A stretch of DNA of 64,000 bases from the human T2T-CHM13v2.0 reference genome, Homo sapiens (GCF_009914755.1 NC_060931.1); one strand, 5' to 3'; positions 1 to 13,163 are shown, numbered from the stretch's first letter. Made by a program: numbers and translations. The notes: generated by a model from the letters alone, not told the origin.

Positions 1-497
1 ATCTCATTCTACCATCAGAGCACCTACATGGATACAGAGATAGAAGGTTCCAGCTTACAGTAACCATGAGCCTGGTTTTTCAACTATAAAATGAGAGGAT
101 AATCACCAAGGCTCCTTTTGGCTCTAAAAACTCATTTCTATTTTACAAGAAAGAAATTTGAGGCAAAGAGATATTAACTGACTTGCCTTAGGTCATAGAC
201 AAGTTACTAGCAGTTAGGATTAAAACCTAGGTATCCCAGATTAATTTGCATTTCAAAGATATAATAATAATAATTTCCCCAGACTCTCCCTGTATCTAAA
301 TTTCTTCTTGGAATTGTAAGCAGATACTTAGGAAGGTAATTCACTTGGGGACCATTTAGAATATTACAGATACATTCCAATGACTAGAAGCACCTAACTC
401 ATTACTAGGGAGAGAGGGAGTGGAGATATATATCTTTTGTGAACAACATTAACACAGGTAATGGTAATACCAGTAATAATAAAGGAGAAAGAATTAC

Positions 498-619
498 CTG
501 GGCAAGCAGACCTGGTTGGATCTGAAGAGGCTGAGCTCCTGGGGCTTGAGTGACGATGGGAACTGCATTTTCCATTCGCACCGAGTAGCCAGCGTGCTTA
601 GAGGGAGAGGCCTGCAAGC
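498..619 (-). CDS. HIPK2: HIPK2 exon 9 (122 nt): (G)[40 protein letters not shown]
   Basis: ORF 405-617; acceptor ggaacag|GC, donor CAG|gtaatt. Confidence 0.97.
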
Positions 620-1581
620 CTGTTCCAGACAGTGTGAGGGAGAGAAGGGTTAGCTGAGACGCTGTGAACAGCTGGATGAAAAGAACCTTCCTGGGCAGTT
701 ATGTCAACTTTCTGCTTCCCTTTGCACTGGTCACTGACAACAACCAGGTATTGCCTGGTCCTTGGAAGTCTCCCCTTTGGCTTCTAACAAATTAAAAAAC
801 AAAACTCCTCCTGAAATCTTGAATGTCTTCAAAGGCTAGAAGGTCAGATTAAGGAGGCTGTAAGGCCAAAAGTAGGACAGATATGCTCGCAGATTACAAC
901 AGGAAAACAAGGGCTTCTGACCATCAAGATGTACCTGTGTATGTCAAAATGAGGGGTGTTGGGGAGATGTATGAACCCATTTGGAATTGCATTGACTGTA
1001 ACCACACAGTTTACACCATGAGGCTTGCAAAAATAAATTCTTAAGCTTTCTGGGTAAATTGTAACAAAGTACACAGTCTAGCTTCTTAGAGTCTACAGGA
1101 GAGGAGTGCTGGGGTCATGGCCAAAGAATTGTTTTGAGGAGGGGTCCCAGGGAAGTACTTTTCAGACTGATGGATATTCTTCATGGGAGCTGGGACTATG
1201 TCGGCTGTCAGAGATTGGCAGTTTTCTACAGATAACCCACACAGAGGATATTTCATGCGAGGAAAAGCAAGAGCTGACATCAGCATAACAATGAAAGCAC
1301 AAACTATGTACTTATTTACAGACAGCTGGCCAGGGACACAGTCCCTGGCAGGTGTGAGAGTCACAAAGGATTGACTTGGTGCTGAGGCATAAGCCCTATT
1401 GTTTCTAGGTTGGCCACAGTAGGAGAGGAGCCCTCTAGTTCAGTGATACCAGCGCTCTCACTGGAAGAAATGAGGAGGGCCTTTCTCCATGAAAATGAGC
1501 GTGACAGAAAACTGCAGGTGCCGGAGCCCCAGAGGCCGTTCTGTAAGAAGCAGGTGAGAGGCTGTGGCTGCTCAATCTTAC

Positions 1582-1789
1582 CTTGGAAGCCGGGGGGACA
1601 CACGATGAGAGCTTGCTGGAACGGGTCAGGCCGGGCACAAATCTGGGCTGTTCCTGTCTGCAGGGGCATGCTCCGCTGGGCCACTGCAGCCATGGATGCC
1701 GCTGAGGGCTGGTAGAGTGTAGATGGGTAGTTTAGTATGGAGACTTCGGGATTGGCTAAGGAAATAGTGGCACTGGTAGAGGAGGGAGC
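1582..1789 (-). CDS. HIPK2: HIPK2 exon 8 (208 nt): [69 protein letters not shown](G); the shorter form starts at 1708
   Basis: Acceptor ctcctttag|GCT, donor CAAG|gtaaga; partly covered by ORF 1361-1693; internal ctctaccag|CCC acceptor 81 nt downstream. Confidence 0.98.
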
Positions 1790-4534
1790 CTAAAGGAGTG
1801 ATGGGGATTAAACAAAAATAAACAAAAATAAAAAATGAGGGAGGTGGCATGTTGGGAGACACGAATCTAAATCAAATAAATGAACTCAAAGAAGAACAAA
1901 CAAACAAAAACTAAGAGCAGAAAGGCAAAAGCAGAGAGGAGTGGAAACACGATTGAAAGTCGCAGGGAAAAGCAGGTCCCTGAAAACATGGGAGACAGTC
2001 ACCTTGGTGTTCACATTCAGACTTGCTCCTGGCATTTGTGAGGCCCAGACAAGAGGACACACGGATGCCTGCTACCATGTCTAAATGCTGAAAAGGCTAA
2101 AAATTAGGCTAGAAAACTGTTTAATAAAATGTTCTGCCTTTTCATTTTGACAAATACACCTTCCCAATAACCGGGAAGACCAGGCGTGAGTTGAGGACTA
2201 TGGGATTCCTTGGGTTCTGTGCTGACACATGGTGACAGGGAGAGAGCTGGACCTTGCCCTCCTTCTCTCTGCCCAAGCCCCATTCCATCCCACAACATGA
2301 TGAGCTCTGGGTGCCTGGACCTGCCAGCCTGCACGTCCAAGCTCTGCTCACACTCCCCTCGGGCCTGGTGGGTGCAGTCCACATGTGGGAGGACAAATCC
2401 AGGGGGAGGCTCTTGCAGGCCCTAAAGGACTATGGTCTCAGTACCCAGAGCTTGGCACAGGAGCACATGCAACAGGCGGAGAGCAGGGCCGAGGAGGGGC
2501 TCAGGACTATGGGCAGTACTGTTTACAGATGTCCTTAGATGGCTGCAAAGCTTAGAGAAGTACAGGAGATGTATGCAGAGAGGGAGAGGGACATGTTGAG
2601 CCTGGGGCTTTGTGTCTGCATCCCATGCATTCATGTTGGTATGCAGTGACAAAGCCTGGCAGATAGAAAAGATGCTGGTGTGTCCAGATAACTGAAATGG
2701 AGGTGGCTTTGACAAACACAAGCCATTGACATTATGTCCTCTTGCCTTTCTTTTTCAGAAAAAGACATCACTTGAGACTGAACTTGCATGAAAAATGAGG
2801 CTGTATAAGGAAAATAAATTCCAACTTTGGAATTCTCCAGTTTCCCCTATCTTAGCCTTCATACTGATCCTTTAGCAAGATAGGTGGTTACCAGTGGTTT
2901 CACATTCAGCACTGTCTACAAGAGGTTTTGCCTCTAGAAGTTACAAGGACCAGGGAATACATAGGAAGAAACCACGAAGATATCTTGGACACAAATAGAA
3001 TTTCAAGTAGGGTGTGTATGGATGTCACATTTGATAAAAAGGACAAAGTCTTATTTTACATATGTTTTCTATACTTAGATTTTGTGCTAAATTTCATTGC
3101 AAAGCAAATTGATTTGTTTGAAAATAATCACGAAATTGAGTGGCACAGATGTCTGATTTTAAGCCACATATTTTAAAGTGGGTGTGCTTTTGCAGCGTCG
3201 CATAGTCTGCTTGGGACACGTGTGTACATATGTGGGCATCAGTGTCTGTGTTTTGTCAGATGACATGACTTGTATTTCCTGTTTTCTCCATATCGCGATC
3301 TCTTCCGGAGGCTTCTTCCCCCTCAACCCTCCACATTCCCCATGGTCTGCTCATATCTAGACTCCCCCCAGCCCTTAGCCCCTGTGGGTGTCCCTGCTGG
3401 GGGTCCTGGCACCTGTATCCTCTAGGTTCCCAAACTTCTGCTCGGTGGTTCCACTTTCTTGCCAGCCACTGCTCCTGCTGCTGCTTCCTTCCTGATGTCC
3501 CTGGAATCCACTGACTCTTTTCAGTTGTGACTTCCTGGTGCCTGGGACCTATAAGGCCCTGACTAGAAATGTTCTGGTCTCTACTTCCCTTCCAGCCTTC
3601 TTGAGCACAGAGGGTAGATCATTCTTTCCACAAGACACCTTTGTGCATGTCAGCACCCCTGCTCCAAAATCCCAATTACAGCTTGATGAACATGGTATGC
3701 GCCTGGTCTAGTGCCCTGTTTTCCCTGGTTTGGCCAACCTTACCTTCTAGACTTATCTCCCTCTGCTCTCCACTCTTCTGACACCAAGATTAGTTTACTC
3801 ATTGTTTTCCAAGCATACTGTGAGCACAGGCCTTTCCCTTCATACAAGCTCTCTGACCCATAGCATTCTCTCCAAGCCTTTGGGCTTTAAGGCCTAGCCT
3901 GGGTCCCACATGCCCCATTGTGAAACCCTTTCAGACACCATTAATGGAAATGAATTGCTCCTTCCTTTGCTATCACACAGTACAATATAGCCTTCTAGCC
4001 CAGCTCCTGTTACAATCTGCCTTACAGTACAGTTGGTCTTTCCAGCCTAAAGTCTCCTGGGAGGGAGGGGCTGTGTCTTAGTGGTGTTTTCCTCCAGCCT
4101 GCAGTGGTCTCTCCTTCCTCTCGATTCTGTAACACATAATCTGTTTGTCTACCTGGCCCCTAGTACATGCTATTCTGCATTTTGATTAAACTATTTTTGC
4201 TTACAGCCTGTCTCACCATGGAGACCATGAGCTCCTTGAGAGGCTGAATCTTCCAGCTCTGTAGACTCAAGGACAAATGGCACTTGTGTCCTGATATGGA
4301 CCCAGTCTCCAGTGTGACCATCAGACATGCATAAGGTTTTCCCCTAGTTTCGAACCCTGCTTAAGGACCAGTTGAAGAAGCCCATGTGAGGGCAACAAAA
4401 AGTTTTCTACTTCTGTATATCCTCCTTTAGCTCTCAGAAAGGTAGCTAGCCTATCACTTGCCAGAGAGGAGCACACAGAGAACTGGGAAGAGCTCTTGCA
4501 GCTGACAGATAGTAATAACAAGAAAAAACAAGTT

Positions 4535-4659
4535 AAAAAAAATCAGAGACTGGGGTCTTGCTATGTTGCCCAGGCTGGACTTGAACTCCTGACTCAAGTG
4601 GTCCTCCCACTTCAGCCTTCCAAATAGCTAGGATTACAGGTGTGCACCACTGTGCCTAG
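4535..4659 (-). mobile_element. Free left Alu monomer (FLAM)
   Basis: Monomeric Alu left arm flanked by the near-duplicate aaaaaacaagtt/aaaaagcaagtt. Confidence 0.8.
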
Positions 4660-5321
4660 TGAAAAAGCAAGTTTATTGATGACACAGGTTTTCCAAAAAT
4701 GGAAGAAGTGATTCCTGGAAGCAGTTGTAGTAGACGTTCAAATGGTTCCAGAAGGAAGGGGTTTGAGCTTGGTCTATAAACTCAAATTCAAATTCTTGGT
4801 AGAAGGCTAGGTCCAAATAATAGAATTCCACGGAAATGTTAGAGAAGTTGCTGATCCACATGATAAACAAGGAATAGCTGAGAGAAGACTTATTATTCAA
4901 CATGTTACCAACTGGGTAACCTGAAAGTTTTAGAAAGTAGAGGAAGTCAGCTGCCTTGAGACTTAACGGGTTATGAATTATTGACCCAGCTTCCTTGAGA
5001 CCTAAAAGATTGTAGATTCATGATCATTTGGGAAATGGTTCTTTGGTTAGTCTACTGGATATATGTTAAAGGTAGCAAGAGATTCTTTAAGTAGTTTAAT
5101 GTCCTTCAACTTCTAACATAAAACTATGCATATATTGTATTGCTTCTAAATATCTAAATGGGCAAACAGCTCCAAGGAGCTCATGTAGAAAGCTAGCTAC
5201 TAGAACCAGCAATGAACAGAAGAAGTCTTGTTGGATTTAAAGAGCAGACATCACCTAGGAAAGGCATTTGGGGACCTCCATAAGACTTACTTAAGACTTA
5301 CTTATGCTGCTGTGTATGTAT

Positions 5322-5556
5322 ATTTTAAGAGTCCAGACTCTGAAGCCAGATTGCTGGCTGCAAAGCCTAAGCCCACCTCTCATGAACGAGCAAGGGCCTT
5401 GGGTAAGAGAATTAATCACTCGGTGCCTCAGTTTCCTCCTCTAAAATGGAAATGATAATAATAAAACCTATCTCACAACGTTGCTGGGAGGATTAAGAGT
5501 TATGGTACGCTTAGTAAAGCCTGGCACATAATAAGTGTTAGCTATTAGTAATGATG
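5322..5556 (+). mobile_element. MIR SINE
   Basis: MIR core gtgcctcagtttcctcctctaaaatggaaatgataata...cctggcacataataagtg. Confidence 0.85.
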
Positions 5557-5940
5557 TTATTTAATAACAACAGTATCAGTGGAGGGAAAGCATGCCTTAG
5601 TGCTTAAGGCTAGGTGTGTCCTGAGTAATTTTTTTTTCCTGATGTATTCAAAAGTAGGGAGTAGTAGAATCCAATGCAAGAGAACAGAAATCCTGTTCTT
5701 GGACCCTTTGCTTTTGTGGGATGTCATTTTCCCTTACCCACGACTCTGGCCCAAGCATCACACTAAGTTACCAGCTACTCCTACTTCACCCCAGTCCCAA
5801 GCCAGATCTGGATGGTCTCAGTGCCGTGGAGAAGACGGGTGTTCTTATTTGACAACTGCCTTTTGATGAGCAACCCTTTTAGTTTTGCAGAGTCTTTGCG
5901 ACACCCTTTGGAGTGGATATGCTGGCTGTCATATCACCAG

Positions 5941-5951
5941 CAAGATGGCGG
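5941..5951 (+). promoter_or_regulatory. YY1 consensus site (CAAGATGGCGG)
   Basis: Matches the YY1 motif CCGCCATNTT on the - strand, in a small CpG-retaining patch; motif match only. Confidence 0.4.
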
Positions 5952-6350
5952 TGGCCCCCCACCCCGCGTCTGGTCAGGGACCACAGTTCTCCAGCCTGGC
6001 AGAAAGACATCCATGGGAAGGACAGCCTGCTGGGGAGACTCCACTTGACATGACGCCTGCATTGGAGGGGTGCTCCTTCCTCCTGTTTCACAGATGCCTT
6101 TGATACCTGATGGGGCAGATGTTAGATGGGGACAGGTAGTTTGGGGTTAGGGAGTTAAGACCAGGTGCCTCATGAGGGCTGGTGGGAGAAACAAATGTCT
6201 TCAAGGAGGTAATGAACAAAACCATGCTGATTTTTGTCAAGAAGCTCACAGGTCTGGCTATGGATGCTTTAGCCTTAGGGCTGGGCAAGGTTAGTTTTCG
6301 GACTCCCAACAGCTCTTTCACCCTAAGGAGAGCTTCAAGAATGCAAACGG

Positions 6351-6364
6351 CCCCCAGAGGGCAG
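6351..6364 (+). promoter_or_regulatory. Candidate CTCF site (CCCCCAGAGGGCAG)
   Basis: 13/14 match to CCASYAGRKGGCRS with cgg and ca flanks; motif match only. Confidence 0.4.
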
Positions 6365-7058
6365 CAGATACCAGGTGGTGTCTCCTAGAATTTGGGCAAA
6401 GGGAGATGGCAGGCTGGGAAGAAAAGCTAGGCCTGAGCAGGCCAATGTGCCACAAGGATGGCCTAGGGGAAAAGGGTGGGAAGGGGAGCGGCTGAAAAGC
6501 AGGGGGCAGTGACTCTTCAGTGACAGGAGGGACCTTTCAAAAAGAATGGACATAAGGTATTCACATTTCAGGTACACACACATCCACACAGAAGTCTTTT
6601 CATTCCAGATTGATATTAAGAACAAAAATCTGGGGGCCCTTCTTTAGGGGAACTAGGAGGATTGAAAGATGGGAGTAGGAGTTACAGTTTCTTAGACACT
6701 AGAGGCAGTCTCAGCTCAGACTTGGAGATTATTCATTCAATAAATATTGCCTGGGTGTCATCCAAGTTTCAAGCAGTATGTTAGCTGCTCCTTCTGCCAA
6801 TTTCCTGGAAATCTGTGGGAAGAAAACCTTAGCTTCCTGATCCCATTTAGTTCCAGCTGCTGGGATTCTGGTGACAGGCTGATGAACTGATTTTCTCCAT
6901 GACTCGGAGAAAGGACAGGGTTTATCTGTCCCAAAAGGAGATCAGGTAGATCCAGCCATGTGGGGACGAGGGGAAGGGCCTGAACTGGGTGATTCCCTGA
7001 GTCCTTCCCAGTTCTAGAATCTTTATTTTTTTTAGATTAAATCCATGTTTCCATGATC

Positions 7059-7358
7059 TTTTTCTTTGTTTTTTGAGACGGGGTCTCACTCTGTCCCCTA
7101 GGCTGGAGTGCAATGACATAATCATAGTTCACTGTAGCCCTGAAGTCCTGGGCTCAAGCACTTCTCTCACCTCTGCCTCCTGAGTAGCTGAGACTATAGG
7201 CATGCACCACCATACCCAGCTAATTTTTTGTATTTTCTGTAGAGATGGCGTCTCACTGTGTTGCCCAGGCTACTCTTGAACTTCCTGGCTTTAAGTGATC
7301 CTCCCACCCTGAACTCCCAAAGTGCTGGGGTTATAGGCATGAGCCACTGTGCCTGGCC
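7059..7358 (-). mobile_element. AluJ-type element with extra sequence between its tail and the TSD
   Basis: Full dimer; TSD agttctagaat(t)cttta at 7010-7025 and 7359-7375. Confidence 0.93.
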
Positions 7359-7696
7359 AGTTCTAGAATTCTTTACCAGGCACATATCAGGCATAAAAGG
7401 ATCATAGCACCCCCTTCCCCCTATTCCCACATCAGGACAGAGGAAAGCAGTAAGGGGAACCATCTCAGAAAGAATGGCCCTCACCAGTCCTTTCTGGGAC
7501 CTGTCAATGGGGCCAGAAGTCAACACAAAATGTGCCTGGGTCCCTCAAAGGAAATAACCTTGGATGCAAATACTTTGTTTAGTTGTTGAACATGACAGCA
7601 GGAATTTTGCCTCCTGACTAGGTATGATGGAAAATACAAGTCCTGAGGCTCACACTGTGCAGCCCCGCCTCTCCTTCCCTTCTGTTTCCCACTTAC

Positions 7697-7859
7697 CTGG
7701 TTGTGGACAGTGGTCAGCTGGTTGTTAAAGGTCATGGTCAGGTTGGTGGACGTGCTGGGGGCCACGTGCGTGATGAAAGGGGTTTTGCTCTGGTTCACCG
7801 TGTCATACATATTCACCCGACGCTTGCAGATCTCCATGTTCTGGAAACATGATTTGACG
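7697..7859 (-). CDS. HIPK2: HIPK2 exon 7 (163 nt): (H)[54 protein letters not shown]
   Basis: Within ORF 7520-7939; acceptor gaacag|CGTC, donor CAG|gtaagt; phase matches exon 6. Confidence 0.98.
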
Positions 7860-8942
7860 CTGTTCATGCAAAAGGCAGAGGCATATTGAGACATAAGGGG
7901 AGGGGAAGAGGGTAACGTGGGATGAAGGGGAGAAAACAAAGGAAAGGAGAGAAGGGTTAATTCAGTAAACAGGACAAGCAGGGAAACTAAACTTTAGGTC
8001 TAAGTTTCTTGGATTGCTTGTGCAAAGCCTGTGCATTTGCAACAGGCACGGTTATTCAGATGAATTTTCTCCAGTGCCCTACTACCCTTTCTCCATATAG
8101 GTTCTATATATCACAACAAAACTGACTGCTCACACTGCATTCTCACATCAGGTCCACCTGCAGCATCACTGCTCATTCTCAACTCTCAGCCTGGTTTCTG
8201 GCCCACAAACCAATGTATAAGCTCTCTGAATGGGAACATTAACTAGTCACTTATAACCCGCCTCCACCTTTCCCAAAGACAACCCTTGTAGTCACCTGCT
8301 TCAGCTACCCTGGGTCACCAGCACCACCTAGGGGACGGCCAAGGAACTCTCCAACCCAGTATGGTGACCCTATTGCCACACTTTCTCCCACAGGGGTTGT
8401 GCAGGTAGGTAATGGAAACAGTAATAATACTAATAATTAATAATAGTGGTTAACATTTATTAGTGTCCTAATAATAATACTCTGCAACCTCTCACTCGGT
8501 CCGGCAACATCCATAAGACGGAGACATGATTCTCGTCCCTACTTCACGAGTAAGGCTGAAGCTTAGGGAGGTAGGGAGTTTGCCAAGGATAGGTAATCAC
8601 TGGCTACCTTCGTGTATACACATACGTCCTCTTTCACCAACTTCAGCCTTCATTTTCTTGTCTAAGTCTTGTCCAGCTACATGAAATAGAAATTTTCTCC
8701 TTTTCTTCCCCCATTGCATCTGTGTATCAAAACAAAACCCCAACTACAAAAGTAAAGTATAAAAGTGGTGCTGAAACCAGCATCAGGGAAAAGGAAAGCC
8801 ACAAGTGGCTTCAGCCACCCAAATTCTTGAAAATCGACCAAAAAGTGTCCTTCAGAATTTATACAGCGCTTCTCATTCATTTCTTGTAGTTAAACTTACT
8901 TTTCCTCAAATGCTAATATTCAAGATAATAAAATCCCTTTTA

Positions 8943-9260
8943 GTCTGGGTGGGGTGGCTCACGCCTTAATCCCAGCACTTTGGGAGGTCAAGGTGGGTGG
9001 AGTCCAAGAGCTCAAGACCAGCTTGGACAACATAGGGAGATCCTATTCTCTACAAAAAAAATATAAAAATTAGCTGGCTGTGGTGGCACGTGCGCATGGT
9101 CCCAGCTACTTAGGAGGCTGAGGTCGGAGAATCACTTGAGCCTGTGAGGTCGAGGCTACAGTGAGTCATGATTAGGCCTCTATATTCCAGTCTGGGTGAC
9201 AGGGTGAGACCCTGTCTCAGGAAAAAAAAAAAAAAAAAAATTAAAAGAAAAAGAAAAAAA
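8943..9260 (+). mobile_element. AluJ-type element
   Basis: Diverged Alu dimer with a long A tail. Confidence 0.92.
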
Positions 9261-10524
9261 ACTCATTTAATTTTCAACTCAAAATGTCTATTTTAATTAT
9301 AAAAAATGTAATAACTGAATGAGTAAAATAAAAGTTTTCTACTATTTTAGGATTACAAACGTGTACTACTTCAGTACTCTGTGGGTATGCTATCTTTGGG
9401 GCTAAGCAGGTGTCTGTGGGCTATTCCCAAACATCCTGTGAAAAATGCATTCCAAGTTTCAAATGACTGACTGAGACGCGACTTAGAGAGTCCTACTTCT
9501 TTCTAAGATTCTGACCACTTACACTGGCTGCGTCATGCACACGACATAACCATTTACGGACTGATGATGCTGAAGAGAAAAGAAAACATATTCTGCGGTA
9601 TCCAGTAGGTAAAAATACTCCTAATAATGCTGTTAATGCCAGTGTGTTTTCAGCTCCTACTAAGTACCAAGGTCTTGTGCGTGGAGGCTGCAGCATAAAA
9701 CCAATGCATTTTATATTCTTTTTGGAATGGGCTTAAAGCATTTGGTTTCGTGACAATTCAACACAAAATTTCCATACCCCTTCAGAATTTTCCAACTGAA
9801 ATATTTCAAGTTTTGGGTTTTAGGAAAGGGCAAGTCCTTTCACTTTAGGTTTATAAGAAGATTGGTTTTTTAAAAATTGTGCACTGGAATCCTGGTATGG
9901 AGAAAGGAGTGGGGTCTGTTTCACCTAGTAATCCAGTAGCTGTGGCTCAGCTCCCAGGGCAGGGGCGCTACAGCTGCATGGGCCTGGAGATTTATCCTTG
10001 CCCTGGAGTTCTTCAAGGTTTTCCCAGCAAGTTCTAGAGAACTTTAGGGATCAGGCCTACTTTCAGGCAAGCCTAGGTGTGTTCAGAGACCCACCTTTCC
10101 TTCTTAGGCTAATTTCTGAGTTCTGACTTGTCAGTGCCCCTCTTGGGTCCCAGATGAAGTTCTGAATTGGTTGCTGATGCTCACGGTCTCCATGTGACCA
10201 AGCCGTGAAACACTCTACTGATTCTTCCTTACAGAACCCAGAGGTGGAAGGACTCTGAGGTCATTAAAGCCCCAGGCTTTATGGGGGTGACTATCTGACT
10301 GTTTTGGTGCAGACGGCTAAGAGGACCTCTGTAGAGGGCACCCCTATCCTCAGTCTCCTATCCGTAGCTGTTTCTCAGTCATCCCATTTTACCCGTGATA
10401 TCAAAAGACTGAAATCATGGGAGCCCTATCCAGTAAATTGCCAAGTCTGCTTTTCTTCTTCTTGTGGTACAGATGGACAGCTCTGTGGCTGACCCCTATG
10501 GCACTCAGAAACAGGACAAATCCA

Positions 10525-10842
10525 GGCCAGGCACGGTGGCTCACGCCTGTAATCCCAGCACTTTGGGAGGCCGAGGCGGGCAGATCACCTGAGGTCAGGA
10601 GCTCGAGACCAGCCTGGCCAACATGGGGAAACCCTGTCTCTATTAAAAATACAAAAATTAGTCGGGTGTGGTGCGTGTGCCTGCAGTTCCAGCTACTCGG
10701 GAGGCTGAGGCAGGAGAATCGCTTGAACCTGGGAGGTGGAAGCTGCAGTGACGCAGTGAGCAAAGATCGTACTGCTGCACTCCAACCTGTGCAACAGAGT
10801 GAGACTCTACTTCAAAAAAAAAAAAAAAAAAAAAGAAAAAAA
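10525..10842 (+). mobile_element. AluS-type element
   Basis: Full dimer; TSD aggacaaatcc; small internal gcagtga duplication. Confidence 0.95.
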
Positions 10843-11280
10843 GGACAAATCCCATAACAAGAGTAGGGGAGGGATGGGTCCAGATTCCTTTGTACCGGAG
10901 TTCAGTTGTTTCAAGCATGGTTTTACATTAAAGAGGCACTATCTGTTTGTTGCAATGCCATTTGACTTGCTTCACTGATAGTAAGGCACAGAAATGAAAT
11001 GGAGGCCCCACTATCCATGGTGGTGCCACCCACTCACTTCCTGTAGGCCAGAAAGGGGCGGGTCCAGCCTTGAGACCCAGCCCCCTCTGACTCTGGAGAC
11101 AGCAGGGCCCGCCATGATACGCACAATTCTCACATCTCCAGGCTCTTCTCACAGGATTCCCTTCCCCTCCTGATCCTTATAGAATCTGCTGCTCTCTTGA
11201 GCACACCCCTTTTCCCTGCAGACGTAGGATGTGATTATTTATTCTTTTACATCCCAAGTACCTCAGGGTTGAGAGGCTGA

Positions 11281-11620
<340 letters not shown>

Positions 11621-11639
11621 TGACTTCGTTTCCTCTCCC

Positions 11640-13163
11640 CTTCGTTCACTGAGGCCTTTGCCACTGGCTGGACCTTCCTCTCCAAGCCATTCCCTGCCTC
11701 GCTAGGAAGGCTTCAGAAGTCACAGGTCCCTTTTTAAATACCCTGGCTTCCCGCTTACTTCTCATGTCCAGTGACTCTTGTTCTCAACCCAGTACAGCCA
11801 CTCATTCCCTGGACCGTCAAACCTGAAATTGCTCCACCTCCAGAAACTACAAGTTTAAGCATCCTGTTTTCCCAGCCACATTCTTCCTCCATCTGGCTCA
11901 TTCCACTATGACTATGATAACCCTTCTCTGCATTGACCAGAACACCACGTTTACTTGGATCCCCTCCCATCTTCACTTCCTTTCCCTTTGGGCAAAGTCT
12001 CCAATAGACATCATTCTGGATTACAGTTACTCTCTGGCTAGCCTCATCAGCTTCCTTGTCAATCTGTCTTCTTCTCTTACCAGCCTGGCAAAAATTCCAC
12101 CTGGACAAACCTAGATCAGAAGACTCATCTGTCTTCTCTATGCCTTCACCTGGGGAGATGAGTTACACTATAAACGATTCATGTCGAACCTCAGGGCTCA
12201 ACAATTCCACCGTATTTCTCTGGTCAGTTTGCTCTGCCACCTTCTGCTCCAGCTACCTAAACTTTCTACCCTTCTTAAACCACCCTCCACCTCGTTCTCA
12301 ACAGATAACCTCATTGCCTACTTCTGAGAAGCAGAAGCTGTCTGACAGGACTCCCTCAACTTTTCTCCATGAGACCAGCACATACGCTGACATCCACATG
12401 CCCCTCGTCCATCTATCCTTCCAATGACACTGGCCCATCCCTGTGCTCTGAACCCTGTCTTAAAAACAATCCCCTTGACCCCTCCCCAGTCACCCCTCTA
12501 TTTCTTCTCTTGCATAGCCTCACTTCATGAAAGGTTGCTATTTCTTCACCTCTCACTTGGTCTTTCAACCTGGTAAACTGGTTTCTGCTTTTACCACTCC
12601 ACTGAATGGCTGCCACTGCGTTACTGACAACTTGTGAGTTGTTAAACCGAATGGACATTTTTTTCCAGACTCATTTGACTTGTGTGGCAGCAGACAGATC
12701 TTTGCTCAACACAGATCTAACCAGCTATTCCCTTGCTGAAGAATCATTTAATGAGTTCCCATTGCTTTTTGGATCAAGATTAAAAACCTTAACATGTACG
12801 GCCTGCCCTGGCTGACTGGATGCCTCACTGTCTCACCTACTGCCTTCTGGGATGGGTGCATGGTCCTGCCCATGGGGGAGTGTCCTGTCCATACAGGCAA
12901 TGCCCTGCCTGCTCATGCCCATCCTCTTCCTCATCCTTCACAGGCCACTTCCTGGGAGTCTTCCTGGTTTGCCCCAAAATGAGGCTCCCCTGTGGGTATG
13001 CTCTCATCACACCTGATACTTGTCCTCATAGCAGCCTGGTGATTTGGGCATCACTTGTTTTATACCATTCTCTCTCTTACGGACTGCAAGCTCCAGTGGG
13101 CAGGGCCGTCTGCTCTGCTCACCACTGTACCCCGGCACACAGCACGCTGAAGAAATGAATGAA
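11640..13163 (+). mobile_element. Degenerate L2 LINE fragments
   Basis: C/T-rich L2-like sequence ending in the typical ...ggcacacag...aatgaatgaa 3' tail; boundaries approximate. Confidence 0.6.

Noticed and set aside
405-497. Read-through of exon 9 into intron 9 adds a hydrophobic tail ([19 protein letters not shown]), suggesting a membrane-anchored isoform
   Set aside because: Expected from translating a U-rich intron start; no AATAAA or ATTAAA on the - strand in the remaining 400 nt of the window.
2017-2610. Possible hAT-type DNA transposon remnant
   Set aside because: Partial resemblance only; the family and boundaries cannot be supported without a Dfam search.
4660-5130. KSKFIDDT translation resembling the CR1 reverse-transcriptase motif KFADDT
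   Set aside because: Short match with stops nearby; at most a highly decayed L3 remnant, not a gene.
7520-7939. 139-aa ORF extending beyond exon 7
   Set aside because: Only 7697-7859 matches HIPK2 and has splice sites; the flanks are chance open intron frame.
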